NCBI GenBank assembly: GCA_023213395.1
Contig: CM041465.1
Coordinates: 27,039,741-27,103,740, forward strand
Source of the DNA: Cycas panzhihuaensis
Taxonomy: Eukaryota; Plantae; Cycadophyta
DNA length: 64,000 nucleotides
Direction: 5' to 3'
Under the pieces are notes generated by a model. It saw nothing but the letters and a program-made list of their open reading frames with translations, was not told the origin of the DNA and searched no databases. Both the position numbers and the translations under genes were made by a program. Shown here one piece after another: positions 25,598-39,037 of the stretch; the first letter of the stretch is position 1; the number at the start of each line of letters is the position of its first letter.

Positions 25598-26592
25598 GTG
25601 GAATTGCACCTCTTAGGGGGTTACTAAACTTGGATGAGATCGAGTCAAATGACCAACGGTTTCAGTGGTTATGGACCTATAATGGAAAGTGAAAGTAATT
25701 ACCCACAAAAGGTGCTTGTGCATCAAAACATAGGTTTGGGACCCACAAATGGCGTATAAACTCCTTTGAGGTAACTCTTCCTTGATACAGAGTAGTGGAT
25801 GGATGAGGGATCTCCTTGATTTCCCAAGTAACCTCAAAAGGGGCCCTCCCATCCTTGGATGGCTAAAGGAGGGAGGAAAGAGGTGAGGGAATGGCTCCTC
25901 ATGTGAAGGGGTTATGAAAGGGATGATCCTTAATAAAAAAAGAGGAGAAACACACACGTAAGCCTAAGGTAGCTTGCTATGTGAGTGGTGGAGATGGTGG
26001 TTGGTTCCATAAACTAGGCATTGACCTAAAGACCAAACTTGGATGGTCTAGCCTAGAGAAATAAGAAAAATAAAGAGAACAACCTTGAGAGGAGGTGCTC
26101 TCAAGGGGCTAAACTTAAAGAGGATTCTAGGAGTGGCAAGTCAACAAAAAGGGTTATCTTTGTGTTTGTCTTTGTTTTGTATACAGTAAAAAACTGCAAA
26201 GTGAGAGTGTGGTATCTATAGTAATGTTGTGTGTTTATGTTTAAAAGAAATTATTTTTTAAGGCAAGAAAGTAATGCAAATCTCTCTCTCTCTCTCTTGT
26301 TTACTTATGCATGCAACCTCACTCTCCTTGTTTTTTAAATGCAATAAGGGGGAATCAAAGAGATTCCCATATGACACAAAGCTCATGCAAAGAGTGCAAA
26401 GTCACTTAGTGACATGCGACAAAATAGAAGGGGCAAGTGCATGCAAGTGCCTAGACTTCCACTACATGAGCTTATAAAAACAAACAAGCAAAGTGCAAGA
26501 GACCCTACCGATCCCTTCCTTTCCTTTTGCCTAAGGGATACTCAAAAGAGGGGGAAAAGAGTAAGGAAAAGAAGGCTAGGAAAAGGAAGAGG

Positions 26593-26901
26593 TGTTAGAT
26601 AATATGATAACAATGTTTTAGAGGCTAAAATTTTGACAGGTTGGCAGCACGGTTTCCCTCCCAAACTTTCGTGGGGGGGTTCTAAGGGGGGCAGAAGCCC
26701 CCCTTGGTTGGGGGGATGCGGGGGGTTTACCACGTTATATCAGGTGTATATGTGATGCTTGGCTTTCTTATTCATTTTATTACATTATCTCTAGTTTAAG
26801 AATTTGCATGTTAAATTTTAGTTTCGGTTCCTGTAACTAGTTGAAAAATAGTTTAGATCTTGGTGGAAGTTTCAGGTTATTGGGATTTTATCTTCTCAAC
26901 A
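26593..26901 (+). repeat. 5' LTR of Copia C (internally deleted, 309 bp)
   Basis: Matches the start and end of 30920-31570 but lacks ~340 bp of the middle. Confidence 0.88.
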
Positions 26902-26974
26902 AGTGGTATCAGAGCCACTTTTATTTTTAGAGTATGTTTGCGAAGGTTTTGGTGTCAGAATTTTTCTATACCAA

Positions 26975-29900
26975 ATGGCGAAACTAGCGAATGTAAAGTT
27001 CAAGGTGGAGAAATTCAATGGTAAGAACAACTTTAAGTTGTGGAAATTGAAAGCATATGATGTTCTAGTGCAATAAGATTTGTACAGAGCTCTTGCAGGC
27101 AAATTAAAGAAACCTGCAAGGATGGACAATGATGAATGGGATGATCTAGATAAAAGGGCTCTTAGCTTAATATGATTATGTTTAGCAGATGAAGTTCTAT
27201 TCAACATCGCAGGGGAGCAGACAGCAGCAGGATTATGGACCCGGTTGGAAGGCTTGTATATGACCAAATCAACGACAAATTGAATTTACTTGAAGAGGCA
27301 ACTATACTCATTACGAATGAAGAAAGGTAAAAAAATTACTGACTATTTAAATGTTTTCAATACTCTTATTTATTGATTAGCTAGTATCGATGTCATAATT
27401 ATACCTTACTATGTTTATTACCAGAATCCTAGGATAATATTGTCACCTCAATTAGTTTTAGCACTATAGATGAATTAGGTTATGATTCTTTTGTGAGTGC
27501 TTTACTAATGGAAGAAGTGAGGAGAAAGTCTAGTCTTCAAACCTCCACACTAGAAGCTATGACAGCAAAGGTAGAATAATTGAGAGAGGACAAAGCTCTA
27601 GGGACACATCGAGGTTAAATTTAAAAGGCAAGAAGAGTAAGCTCATATGTTAGCACTGTAATAAGATAGGTCGCCTCAAGAAGGATTGCTACAAAAGGAA
27701 GGAGTTCCAAAAAAAGGAAGATCTTGCCAAGGAGGCTAATCAGGTGGAGTCAAATTAAGATACAAATGATGATGTCTTGGTTGCTTGTAATGTTTTCCAT
27801 TATTGGTTATTAGATTCAGGTGCTTCACACCACATGTGTCCACACAAGAGTTGGTTCTCATCATACCAACCTCTTAATGGCGGTGATGTGCTTATGGGAA
27901 ATGAAGTTTCTTATAAGACAGTAGGCATTGGTAGCATCATAATTAACATGTTCGATGGTGTAGTGAGAACATTAACTAAAGTTAGACATGTAGCTAATCT
28001 GAAAAAGAATCTATTTTCCTTGGGTGAACTAGATTTTGGTGGTTATAAATACACAGATCATGAAGGAGTTTTAAAGGTGTCAAAGGGCACTTTGGTTATA
28101 TGAAAGCCTTAAAGAAAGGAAACCTTTATATTTTAGTGGGAGGTACAGATGTCAGTCATGCAACTACAATATCAAAGATTGTAGAAGATCCAACTCAGTT
28201 ATGGCATCAGAGACTTAGGCACATGAGTGAGAGAGGACTTAAGGTGCTGATGAACTGTAAGTTATTTCCTAACTTATAACTTTCAGATTTGGCCTTTTAC
28301 AAACATTGTATTTTTGGAAAGTAGTGTAGACTTAGGTTTAAAGTAGGGAGTCGCACTAGTAAAGGTGTTCTAGATTATGTACATTCAGATGTGTGGGAAC
28401 CAGCCCCTACAATATCTTATGGAGGATCATTGTATTTTATCATATTTATAGATGATTACTCCAGAAAGGTATGGGTCTATTTTTTGAAAAGGAAATATGA
28501 AGTTTTCAGTGTGTTTAAGCATTTAAAGGCTCTAGTTGAGAAGAGCACTAGCAAGTTAATTAAATATTTGAGAACTAACAATGGAGGTGAGTTTAACTCG
28601 TTGGAGTTTGAGAAGTATTGTAGAGAAGCTAGGATTGAAAGGCATAAGACCACTAGCTATACTCTGCAGTAGAATGGCATAGCTGAGTGCATGAATAGGA
28701 CACCCTTGGAAAGAGTAAGAAGCATGGTAAGTAATGTAGGAGTGGAGCCGGGCTTATAGGTAGAAGTTGTTCAAACAACTTGATATTTGGTAAATAGTTC
28801 ACCATCACTTATAATAGATTGTAAGATTCTTGAAGAGGTATGTACTAGACATCCATTTCATTATTCAAATTTGAAAAATTTTGGTTGTGATGCTTATGCC
28901 TTGATTGATAAAAGTCAACATTCAAAGTTAGACCTAAAATCCAAGAGATGTATCTTTGTTGGTTATGGTGATAGAGATGGTGTGAAGGGATATAAGTTGT
29001 GCGATCCTACTACCTATAAAATCACTATTAACAGAGATGTTGTATTTGATGAATCTCCCTTTCTAAAATTAGATAGTATAGAAGTTGAAGTGAAACATAA
29101 GTAGAAAGTTGAAAATTAATAGGTCAAGTTTGAAACCCAACCATCTTTAGAAACATAATAGTAGAAAGATCTTTTTGAAGATGAATCTATAGCAGATATA
29201 TAGTAGTATGTGGACACTCCTCCACCTACTGTTAGAAGATCTATACAAGTTAGTCATCCACCTAACATGTATAACCCTTCTATTTCTCGTGCTTTAGTTT
29301 CTAATAATGGTGAGCCTACATGCTATCAGGAAGCAGTAGATGATATCCATAGTAAGAAATGGAAGAGGGCTATGCAGGAAGAGATAAATGCTTTGAAGAA
29401 AAATAATTCATGGGACTTGGTAGAACTTCTACATGGAAGGAAGACTGTTGGTTGCAGGTGGGTTTTTAAGAAGAAAACATATGTTAATGGAAAGGTTGAT
29501 AAATACAAGGCAAGATTGGTGGCTAAAGGCTTTGTACAAAAAATAGGTATTGATTTTCATGAGATATTTTCATCAGTTATCAAACTAGTTTCAATTCAAG
29601 TTCTATTAGCATTGGTAGTTTCTCTTGATTTGGAGTTGGAGCAGTTAGATGTAGAAACAACTTTTCTACATGGAGATTTAGATGGGGAGATCTATATGGA
29701 TCAACTAGAAGGGTTTGTACAGGATGGTAGGAAAAGACTTGTTTGTAGGCTAAGGAAATCATTATATGGCCTGAAGTAATCACTTAAGCAATGGTACAAG
29801 AAGTTTAATGCCTTCATGGAGATCTAAAATTTTAAAAGAAGTGAGTATGATCATTATGTTTACTTTAAATTCTTCGATAATGGTTTATTTATTATCTTGG

Positions 29901-30871
29901 TATTGTATGTTGATGACATACTAGTTGCAAGCAAGAGCATGGCAGAAATCAATAAGTTAAAGGCTCAATTGGCTAGGACTTTTGATATGAAGGATCTAGG
30001 AACTACAAAATAAATCTTAGGTATGGAGATACATAGAGACAAGAAAAATGGTAAGCTATAATTATCATAGTAGAAATATGTAGAGAAGGTGCTAACCAGG
30101 TTTGGTATGGCAAATATGAAACTAGTGAGTATCTCGTTGGCTTATCATTTCAATCTTTCTTCGAGTATGAGTCCTAGCAATGAAGAAGATAAGAATTATA
30201 TGTCTCATGTACCTTATTCTAGTGTACTAGGAAGTTTGATGTATGCCATGTTATATATAACACCTGGCATTTCACATGCAGTTGGTGTAGTAATTAGGTT
30301 TATGGAAAATCCAGAAAAGGAACATTAGGCAGCAATGAAATGGGTGCTTCAGTATTTAAGAGGTACAAGTGACTATTGTATTACCTTTAGAGGTATAGGT
30401 AATCAGGTTTGTGGATGTGTTGATTCAGACTTTGTAGGAGATTTAGATAAGAGAAGGTATGCTTCAGGTTATATAATCACTCTTGCAAATGGTCCAGTTA
30501 GTTGAATGTTAAAATTGTAGAGCATAATTGCATTATCAACTACATAAGCTGAATATATTACTGCAGCACATGATTATGAAGAAGCAATCTAGTTATAGGG
30601 TCTATTGGTTGAGCTTGGAAGGAAACAGGAAAAGGTAAAGGTATTTTGTGATAGTCAAAGTTCCATTTACTTAGCAAAGAATCCAACTTATCATAGTAGG
30701 ACAAAGTATATTATTCTTAAGTACCATTTTGTTAGACAAGTTGTGAAAGTAGGTGGAGTGGCACTTGAGAAGGTTAACACAAAATAGAATTGTGCTGATA
30801 TGTTCACAAAAGTAGTACTATTAGAGAAGTTCAAATGGTGTTTGACTTCTCTTGGCTTGTAGAAAAGGTGA
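26975..30871 (+). pseudogene. Copia C gag-pol, disrupted
   Basis: MAKLANVKFKVEKFNG..., WLLDSGASHHMCP, FIDDYSRKVWVYFLK, YKARLVAKGF, LYVDDIL, VFCDSQS. Confidence 0.93.
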
Positions 30872-30919
30872 TGAATGGTTCAGGAAAGGTATCATGTAAA
30901 TTATTGTCAAGGTAGAGAT

Positions 30920-31570
30920 TGTTTAATAATTTGACAACAATATTTTGGAGGCTAAAATTTTGATAGGTTGGCAGCATGGTTTCCCCTGCAAACTTTCGCG
31001 GGGGATTCTAAGGGGTGTGGGAGCCCCCCTTGGCCCAAGGGGGATGCGGGGGGTGTTGGAACGCCTCCCGTAAAGAGGGGGTTTGGGGCTGATAGCCCCT
31101 GACCCAAAAAGCTAGCACTGAAAAGTATACTAAATTGTAAAGAGAATCATGGTTGTTCACTTAAAATACCCTAGATTCTATGGTCGAGATTTGTACCTTG
31201 TATGACTATTTCATGTAGCCCGATTACGGGTGTTTTTCATTATGTTTGATGTATTGGATGTACTATGAGGAATTGGGCAGCTGGTTATTGTTGCTGTAAG
31301 TATTCTACTACAGATTATGTACATTTCTCCATTCTTTGATAATAAAGATCGATACCTTTCCTGTATGGATGTTTCCCTAGCACATTGCTAGGATTTTACC
31401 ATGTTATATCATGTGTATATGTGATGCTTGTCTTTCTTATTTATTTTATTATATTATCTCTCATTTAAGAACTTGCATGTTAAATTTTAGTTTTGATTCC
31501 TATAACTAGTTACAAAATAGTTTAGATCTTGGTGGCAATTTCAGGTTATTGGAACCTTGTCTTCTTAATA
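30920..31570 (+). repeat. 3' LTR of Copia C
   Basis: Follows the PPT, is homologous to the D LTRs, and ends ctta-ata before the TSD. Confidence 0.9.
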
Positions 31571-33737
31571 AGATGTACCCAAGATGCAACAGTCGAAGTA
31601 GTGCTTCCCTCACCATACTTGTAATCCTTGCCCTTCTCCTAACCACAGATGGTGAGACTGAAGGAGTGCTGATAAAGAAAGGGGGCTTCCTTACCTTCCC
31701 TAAAATCAAAAAGGAAAAAAGAAATATAGTGAAAGGAAATGTAAAGTCTATTGCAACCCCACTTTATAAATCCAAGGCAAAAGAAAAGTAACTATTGAAA
31801 GAAGGGTAATGTACCTGGGACAAAGTCCCTTTTTCCCCCAAGTATAAAAGAAAACCTACAACCAACGAGGTTCACCCTCTCCTAAAGGGCACTAAACATA
31901 CGCGAGATAAATATACAAAATGGAAAGTGACAAGATACAGAACTATCTTAATTAAAAGAAATGTATTCAATATCAATATCACTTCTTATGCTTCATATGT
32001 TGTTTAGTATGTAATATGGGGAAGGGGAGAAAGAGAACGAGGAAGGGTGGTTAGCCTCAGAATGTCTAACCCGCCAAATCAAAGTTGCTCAACGCTGCCC
32101 CTAAGTATTAGGATGAAGTGGTAAACAAATGTAAACAAGCTTTTAAAAATACAAGAAAAAGCAACAAGAAATATTGTGAATGTTGCCAATGCTACAAAAG
32201 TTGCAACATGCAACTTTTGCAAGATTTGCAAGGTTCAAATCAAGGGACAAAAGGAATATAGAGTGGGGGATAAAACCCCACCCATGTAGGATCTATTGTG
32301 CTAGTTGCAAGCATAGCAATGGGCTACCTGCATTACTACTAGCAATGATCTACTCTCCAATGGTCCTTTAGGATCTCCAGGGAGGTATGGAGAAGGAGAA
32401 GTGAGGAGGGAAGGGGGTTGCCCTTGAGGAGAAGGTACATTGGGTGTAAGACCCAACTTATGGCTCCTTTTACTCTTTGTAGATACCAGTTCTTTGTTGC
32501 CTCCTTGAAGAAACTAGGAAGGAACTAAAAGAAGGAGAAGACAGGCTAGGAAAAAGGAGGGTTTACCTCTCGTTATAATATAAAGGAAAGAAGAAAGTTG
32601 CTCCAAAAAGGTACTGGTAAAAATATCTATGTTACTCAAGGTAAAGGAAACTAAAAATTGACTTGAGAGTACCTATTATAGGCAGATCTAAGGCAGATCT
32701 ACCTATGAAATTGGGCAAGGAAGTAGGCCCTATAGGGTTTGCTGGAGAGGACCCCAATGGTGCAACAGATAGAGGTAAAATTGGAGCAAGAAAGAGGGCT
32801 AGAGCTTGCTAGAGTATTTGGAGTACAATCTTCCCTTGGTTGGCCATGTTGTAGACCTGCAACCTGCATATCTTAAGCTGCAGGAGGTTGGCAACTGGCT
32901 AGGAATAAGGTGTAGCAGAACTTGATCCTATTTATAGGGCATTTTTGGAGGAGATCGTGGTAAAAATAAATGAGAGAGACTGGAAATGAGGGTGTTTTTA
33001 GGTTTTTAAACCCAACCCTAGCTTAATCGAGCAATTAGGATTTAGCTTGAGTAAGAAACAAGTCACTGCCATGTGGTAATTTTATAATAAATGTAAAATT
33101 AGCCATGGCAAATCTAAAAAATGATTGTAGATAGTCACCCCATGGTAAACTTAGCGGTACCACAAGGTTTGCAATACTACCACAAAGTTTAATGTAATGT
33201 GGCAGAAACAATACAAAAAGAGAGAAAGGGGAGCCTAGAAGCTACAAAAGAGAGGGAAACTAAGGCCGAAGGAGGTATGGTACCGTATCCAAGTGGTAAA
33301 AAGGGAGTTGTGGGACTAAGAGAGGCCATAACGAGCAAGCAATGAAGGTAAAATGTTCCCTAAAAGGACAACAAGTGGACGCTGGGTGATGACCAAGACT
33401 AGGTGAGGTACTAGGGGTCATAATATATTAGCAAGTGATGTGGTGTGGGCTACAAAAGCCAGACAGTACTTGGGGACGTTGTGGAGACATTGAGGAGGGT
33501 TATGGAACACCACAGGATATGTATCCCTAGATCATTATAGGCTGAAAAAATGTAAAGATGCATAGTGATCAAGTAATATATGCATATTGGTCATGCAGTA
33601 AATCAATCATCATGCAATATAGGTGAAGTGCCTCAATCTACCTTTTCTAAAACTGACAAGGGTAGGGATAGAAGCATACTTGCACTTACCTGAGTCGACT
33701 TACACATGCCCATTCCTGATAGCTAGGAAATAGTTGG

Positions 33738-34346
33738 TAATACAGTTTCCCTTCCTAAACTTTCTTACGGGGAACCAAGTGGTGTAGAAGCCCCTCTTTG
33801 CTAGGTATTATAGGAGGAGTTAGAATCCCCCTTATGCAAATAGGGGTTCAGGTGTGGTAGCCCCCAACCCAAAAGACTAGCACTGTAAAACATACTAAAT
33901 TATAAAGAGAATTGGGGTCATTCATTAAGAATACCCCAAATTCAATGGTCAATATTTGTGCCTTATATGACTCTCTCATATAGCCCAATTTAGGGTGTTT
34001 TTTCATTATGTTAATGGTATTTAATGTATTGGATGTAGTACATTGAGAAGCGGTGGTTGGTTGTTATTACTATGAGTATTCTACTACATATTATATATAT
34101 TTCTCTATTCTTGGATAATAGAGATCGATACCTTTCCTATGTGGATGTTTCTCTAGCATATTTCTAGGGTTTTACCATGTTATATCTAGTGTATATATGA
34201 TGCTTTAGCTTTTTGATTTATTTATTGTATTATCTCTGGTTTAAGAACTTTTATATTAAATTTCAGTTTTAATTCCTATAACTAGTTATAAAATAATTTA
34301 GATCTTGGCGATAGTTTTTGGTTATTGGGACCTAGTTTTCTCAACA
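33738..34346 (+). repeat. Remainder of the Copia D 5' LTR
   Basis: Continues the LTR after TSD gttgg and ends ctcaaca before the PBS. Confidence 0.9.
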
Positions 34347-34418
34347 AGTGGTATCAAAGCTAATTTAATTTTTATAGCAAGTTTTTGAAGGTTTTAATGT
34401 CATCTTTTTCTATACCAA

Positions 34419-37400
34419 ATGGTGAAACTGACAAATGCAAAGTTCAAGGTGGAGAAATTCAATAGCAAGAACAACTTTGAGTTATAAAAACTAAAAGTGT
34501 ATGATGTTCTAGTACAATATAGATTGTACAGAACTTTGGAAGGCAAATCAAAGAAACCCATCAGGATGGACGATGATGAATAGGATGATCTAGACAAAAG
34601 GGCTCTTAACACAATACGATTGTGCTTGGTGGACAAAGTTCTATTTAACATCATAAGGGAGAGGATAATAGTAGGATTATGGACCCATTTGGAAGGCTTA
34701 TACATGACCAAATCAGTGACAAATCAAATCTACTTAAAGAGGCAACTATACTCATTATGGATGAAAGAAGGTATAAAAATTCTTGATCATTTAATGTTTT
34801 CAATACTCTTATTTTTCAATTGGCTAGTATTAGTGTCAAGATTGAGGATGAGGATAAGGTTGTTACCTTGCTATGTTCATTACTGAAATATTGGGATAAT
34901 ATTATCATGTCAATTAGTTTTAGTACTATAAATGAATTAGACTATGATTCTATTATGAATGATTTACTAATGAAAGAGGTGAAGAGGAAGTCTAGTCTTG
35001 AAACCTCTATACCAGAAGCTATGATAATAAGGGCATGATAAGTGAGAGAGCGAAAATCTCTAAGGACACATCGGGGTTAAAGTCAAAAGGTAAGAAGAGT
35101 AAGTTTAGATGTTGTCACTATAATAAGACAAGTCACCTCAAGAAGGATTACTACAAAATAAAGGAGTTCCAGGTAAAGGAAAATCCTACCAAGGAGGTTA
35201 ATTAATTTGAGTCAAATCAATGTATGAATGATGATTTCTTGATTGCTTATAATGTTTCCTATTATCATCATGATTGGTTATTGGATTTGGGTACTTCACA
35301 CCATATGTGTCCACATAAGAGTTGGTTTTTATCATAGCAACCTCTTGATGGTGGTGATGTATTTATGGAAAATAAAGTTTCCTATAAAATAATAGGCATT
35401 GGTAGCATGAGAATTAAAATGTTCAATTGTGTAGTGAGAATATTAACTAAAGTTAGACATGTACCAGATCCAAAAAGGAATCTAATTTTCTTAGGTGAAC
35501 TGGATTCTGGTGGTTATAAGTATATAGGTCATGAAGGAGTCTTAAAGGTGTCAAAGGGTGCTTTCGTTACGAAAGCCTTAAAGAAAGAAAACCTTTACAT
35601 TTTGGTGGAAAGTATAAATATTAACTGTGCAGCTACAGTATCAAAGATTATAGAAGAACTAGCTTAGTTATGGCATTAGAGACCTGGGAATATAAGTAAG
35701 AGAGGACTTAAGGTATTGATGAACCATAAGTTGCTTCCTAACTTGTAACTTTTAGATTTGACTTTTATAAACATTATATTTTTGGAAAGCAGTATAAACC
35801 TAGGTTTAAAGTAGGGAGTTACACTAGTAAAGGTGTTCTAGATTATGTACATTTGGATGTGTAGGAATTATCCCTTATAATATCTTATTGAGGATCATTA
35901 TACTTTATCACATTTATAGATGATTACTTTAGAAAGGTATGGGTCTATTTTTTGAAAAGGAAATCTGAAGTTTTCAGTGTATTTAAGCAGTTCAAGGCTT
36001 TAGTTGAGAAGAGTACTAACAAGTCAATCAAATGTTTAAGGACTAATAATGGAGGCAAGTTTAACTCCTTGGAGTTTGACAACTATTATAAAGAAGTTAG
36101 GATAAAAAGGAATAAGACCATTAGCTATATTCCATAGTAGAATGGTATAACTGAGTACATGAATATGACACTTTTGGAAAGAGTGAGAAGCATGTTGAGT
36201 AATATAGGAGTGGAGTAGGGCTTATAAGCAGAAGTTGTTTAGATAACATATTATTTGGTAAAAAGGCCACCATCACTTACAATAGACTATAAGATTCCTG
36301 AAATGGTATGGACTATACATCTATTTAACTATTCAAATTTGAAAGTTTTTGGTTATGATGCTTATGCCTTAACTAATAAAAGTCAACATTTAAAGTTAGA
36401 CCTAAAATCCAAGAGATGTATCTTTGTTGGTTATTATGATAAAAATGGTATGAAGGGATACGGGTTATGAGATCCTACTGCCCATAAAATCACTATTAAT
36501 AGAGATGTTATATTTGATGAATCTCCTTTTCTAAAATTAGTTAGTGTAGAAGTTAAAGTAAAATATGAGTAGAACATTGAACATCAACAAGTCAAGTTAA
36601 GACCCAACCATCTTTAGAAATAGAAAAGTAAGAAGAGCTTTCTGAAGATGAATCTGTAGTAGATTTATAGGAGTATATGGACACTCCTCGACCAACTATT
36701 AGAAGATCTATATGGGTTAGTCATCCTCCTGATAAATACAATCCTTTTATTTCTATTGCTTTAGTTTCTAATGATGATAAGCTTACATGCTATTAGGAAG
36801 TACTAGATGATATCGATAGTGAGAAGTGGAAGAGGGCTTTGTAGGAAGAGATAGATGCTTTAAAGTAAAATAATTCATGGGACTTGGTAGAAATTCTATA
36901 TGGTAGGAAGACTATTAGTTACAGGTGGCTTTTTAAGAAAAAAGCTAATACTGATAAAAAGGTTGATAAATATAGGGTAAGATTGGTGACTAAAGGCTTT
37001 ACACAGAAAGTAGGTATTGATTTTTATGAGATCTTTTCACTAGTTATTAAACTTATTTTAATTTAGGTTCTGTTAGCATTAGTATCTTCTCTTGATTTGG
37101 AAGTGGAGTAGTTAGATATAAAAATAACTTTTCTACATGGAAATTTATATGAGATCTATATGGATCAGCGAGAAGGGTTTGTACAAGATGGCAGGAAAAG
37201 ACTTGTTTGGAGGCTTAGGAAATCATTGTATAGCCCAAAGCAATCACCTAGGTAATAGTACAAGAGATTTTATGCCTTTATAGAGAGAAAATTTTAAAAG
37301 AAGTGAGTATGACCGTTGTGTTTACTTTAAATTCTTAGACAATAGCTTATTTATTATCTTGGTATTGTATGTTGATGATATGCTAGTTACAAGAAAGAGT

Positions 37401-38327
37401 ATGGTAGAAATCAAGTTAAAGGCTAAATTGGCTAGGACTTTTGATATGAAGGATTTAGATGTTTCAAAACAAATCTTAGGTATAGAGATACATAAATATA
37501 GGAAAAATGATAAGCTTTAGTTATCACAGTAGAAACATGTAGAGAAGGTTCTAACTAGAATTGGTATAGTAAATGTAAAACCAAATAGTATCCCGTTGGC
37601 TTCCTATTTCAAGCTTTCTTCAAGTATGAGTCCTAATAGTGAAGAAGGAAAATATTATATGTATCATATACCTTATGATAGTGTAGTAAGAATTTGATGT
37701 ATGCTATGGTATAGAAAACCTGACATTTCACATGCAATCAATGTAGTTAGTAGGTTTATAGAAAATTTAGAAAAGGAACATTAGGTAGTAGTGAAATGGG
37801 TGCTTCAGTATTTGAGGGGCACAAGTGACTATTGTATCACCTTTAGTGGTATAGGTAATCAAGTTTGTAGATATATTGATTCAAACTTTATAAGAGATTT
37901 AGATAAGAGAAGGTCTACTTTGAGTTATATGTTTACTCTTACAAATGGTCTAGTTAGTTAGATGTCAAAATTACATAGTATAATTGTATTATCGATTATA
38001 GAAATAGAATATATTGCTACAACACATGCTTGTAATGAAGTAATCTAGTTATAGGGTCTATTAGGTCAGCTTGGAAGGAAATAGGAAAAGGTAAAGATAT
38101 TTTGTGATAGTCCAAGTGCCATTTACTTAACAAAGAATCTAGCTTATCATAGTAGGATAAAGTATATTACTCTTAAGTACTATTCTATTAGATAGGTTAT
38201 GGATGTAGGTGGAGTGGAACTTAAGAAGGTTAATACAAAATAAAATTGTACTAACATGTTTAGAAAACTAATACTATTAGAGAAGTTAAAATGGTGCTTA
38301 ACTTCTCTTGGTTTGTAGAAAAGGTGA
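34419..38327 (+). pseudogene. Copia D gag-pol, disrupted
   Basis: Complete domain series gag-PR (WLLDLGTSHHMCP)-INT-RT-RH, colinear with Copia C. Many stops. Confidence 0.92.
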
Positions 38328-38375
38328 TAAATAGTCTAGGAAAGGTATCAGGTAAATTATTGTCAAGGTAGAGAT

Positions 38376-39037
38376 TGTTAGATAATATAACAAAAATGTT
38401 TTAGAGGTAAAAATTTTGATAGGTTGGTAGTGCAATTTCCTCCCTTAAACTTTCTTAGGGGGATCTAAGGGGAGCAGGAGCCTCCCTTGGTTGGAAGGTA
38501 TGAGGGGAGTTGAACCTCCCCACCCCATAAATAGGGGTTCAGGAGTAGTAGCCCCTAATCCAAAAATCTAGTATTGTAAAACATACTAAATTGTAAAGAG
38601 AATCATGGTCGTTTACTAAAAATATCCTAGATTCGATGGTTGAGATTTGTGCCTTGTATGACTCTCTTATATAGCCTGATTTAGGGTGTTTTTTCATTAT
38701 GTTGATGGAATTTGATGTATTGGATATATTATAATGAGAAATGATGACTAGTTATTATTGCTATGAGCATTCTACTACAGATTATATATATTTCTATATT
38801 CTTGGATAATAAAGATCGATACCATTATTGTATATATGTTTTCTTAGCATACTACTAGGGTTTTATCATTTTATATCTAGTGTATATATGATTATTTGGC
38901 TTTTTGATTTATTTATTATATTATCTTTAGTTTAAAAACTTACATATTAAATTTTAGTTTCAATTCCTATAGCTAGTTGTAAAATAGTTTAGATCTTGGT
39001 GGGAATATTTGGTTATTAGGACCTAGTTTTCTCAACA
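38376..39037 (+). repeat. 3' LTR of Copia D
   Basis: TG...CA termini, preceded by PPT and followed by the TSD. Confidence 0.93.

Larger units (their letters stand above)
26593..31570 (+). mobile_element. Copia C (same family as D), inserted in the 5' LTR of B
   Basis: TSD agagg/agatg (4/5). 5' LTR 26593-26901, PBS tggtatcagagc 26904-26915, PPT 30909-30919, 3' LTR 30920-31570. Confidence 0.93.
13710..33732 (-). mobile_element. Element B: non-autonomous Tat-like LTR retrotransposon related to A, inserted in the 5' LTR of Copia D
   Basis: Perfect TSD gttgg (13705-13709 / 33733-33737). ~3.1 kb LTRs 13710-16837 and 25599-33732 (the latter interrupted by C). PBS 25580-25597, PPT 16838-16847. Confidence 0.93.
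25599..33732 (-). repeat. 5' LTR of element B (interrupted by Copia C at 26593-31570)
   Basis: tggaattgc start and ggaaata end. The halves join seamlessly against the 3' LTR at aaggaagatg|tac. Confidence 0.9.
13658..39037 (+). mobile_element. Copia D (Tork/Tnt1-like), inserted in the 3' region of A; its 5' LTR is split by element B
   Basis: Perfect TSD aagaa (13653-13657 / 39038-39042). 5' LTR = 13658-13709 + 33738-34346, PBS tggtatcaaagc 34349-34360, PPT aaggtagagat, 3' LTR 38376-39037. The lineage call rests on gag motif KFKVEKFN. Confidence 0.93.

Noticed and set aside
26896-27267. Antisense ORF apparently conserved in two places (also 34400-34711)
   Set aside because: It is the reverse-strand shadow of Copia C/D gag, and its conservation follows from the shared family.
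13710-39037. Segmental/tandem duplication or misassembly explaining the repeated blocks
   Set aside because: The repeats are diverged LTR pairs and same-family copies, each bounded by termini, PBS/PPT and its own TSD.
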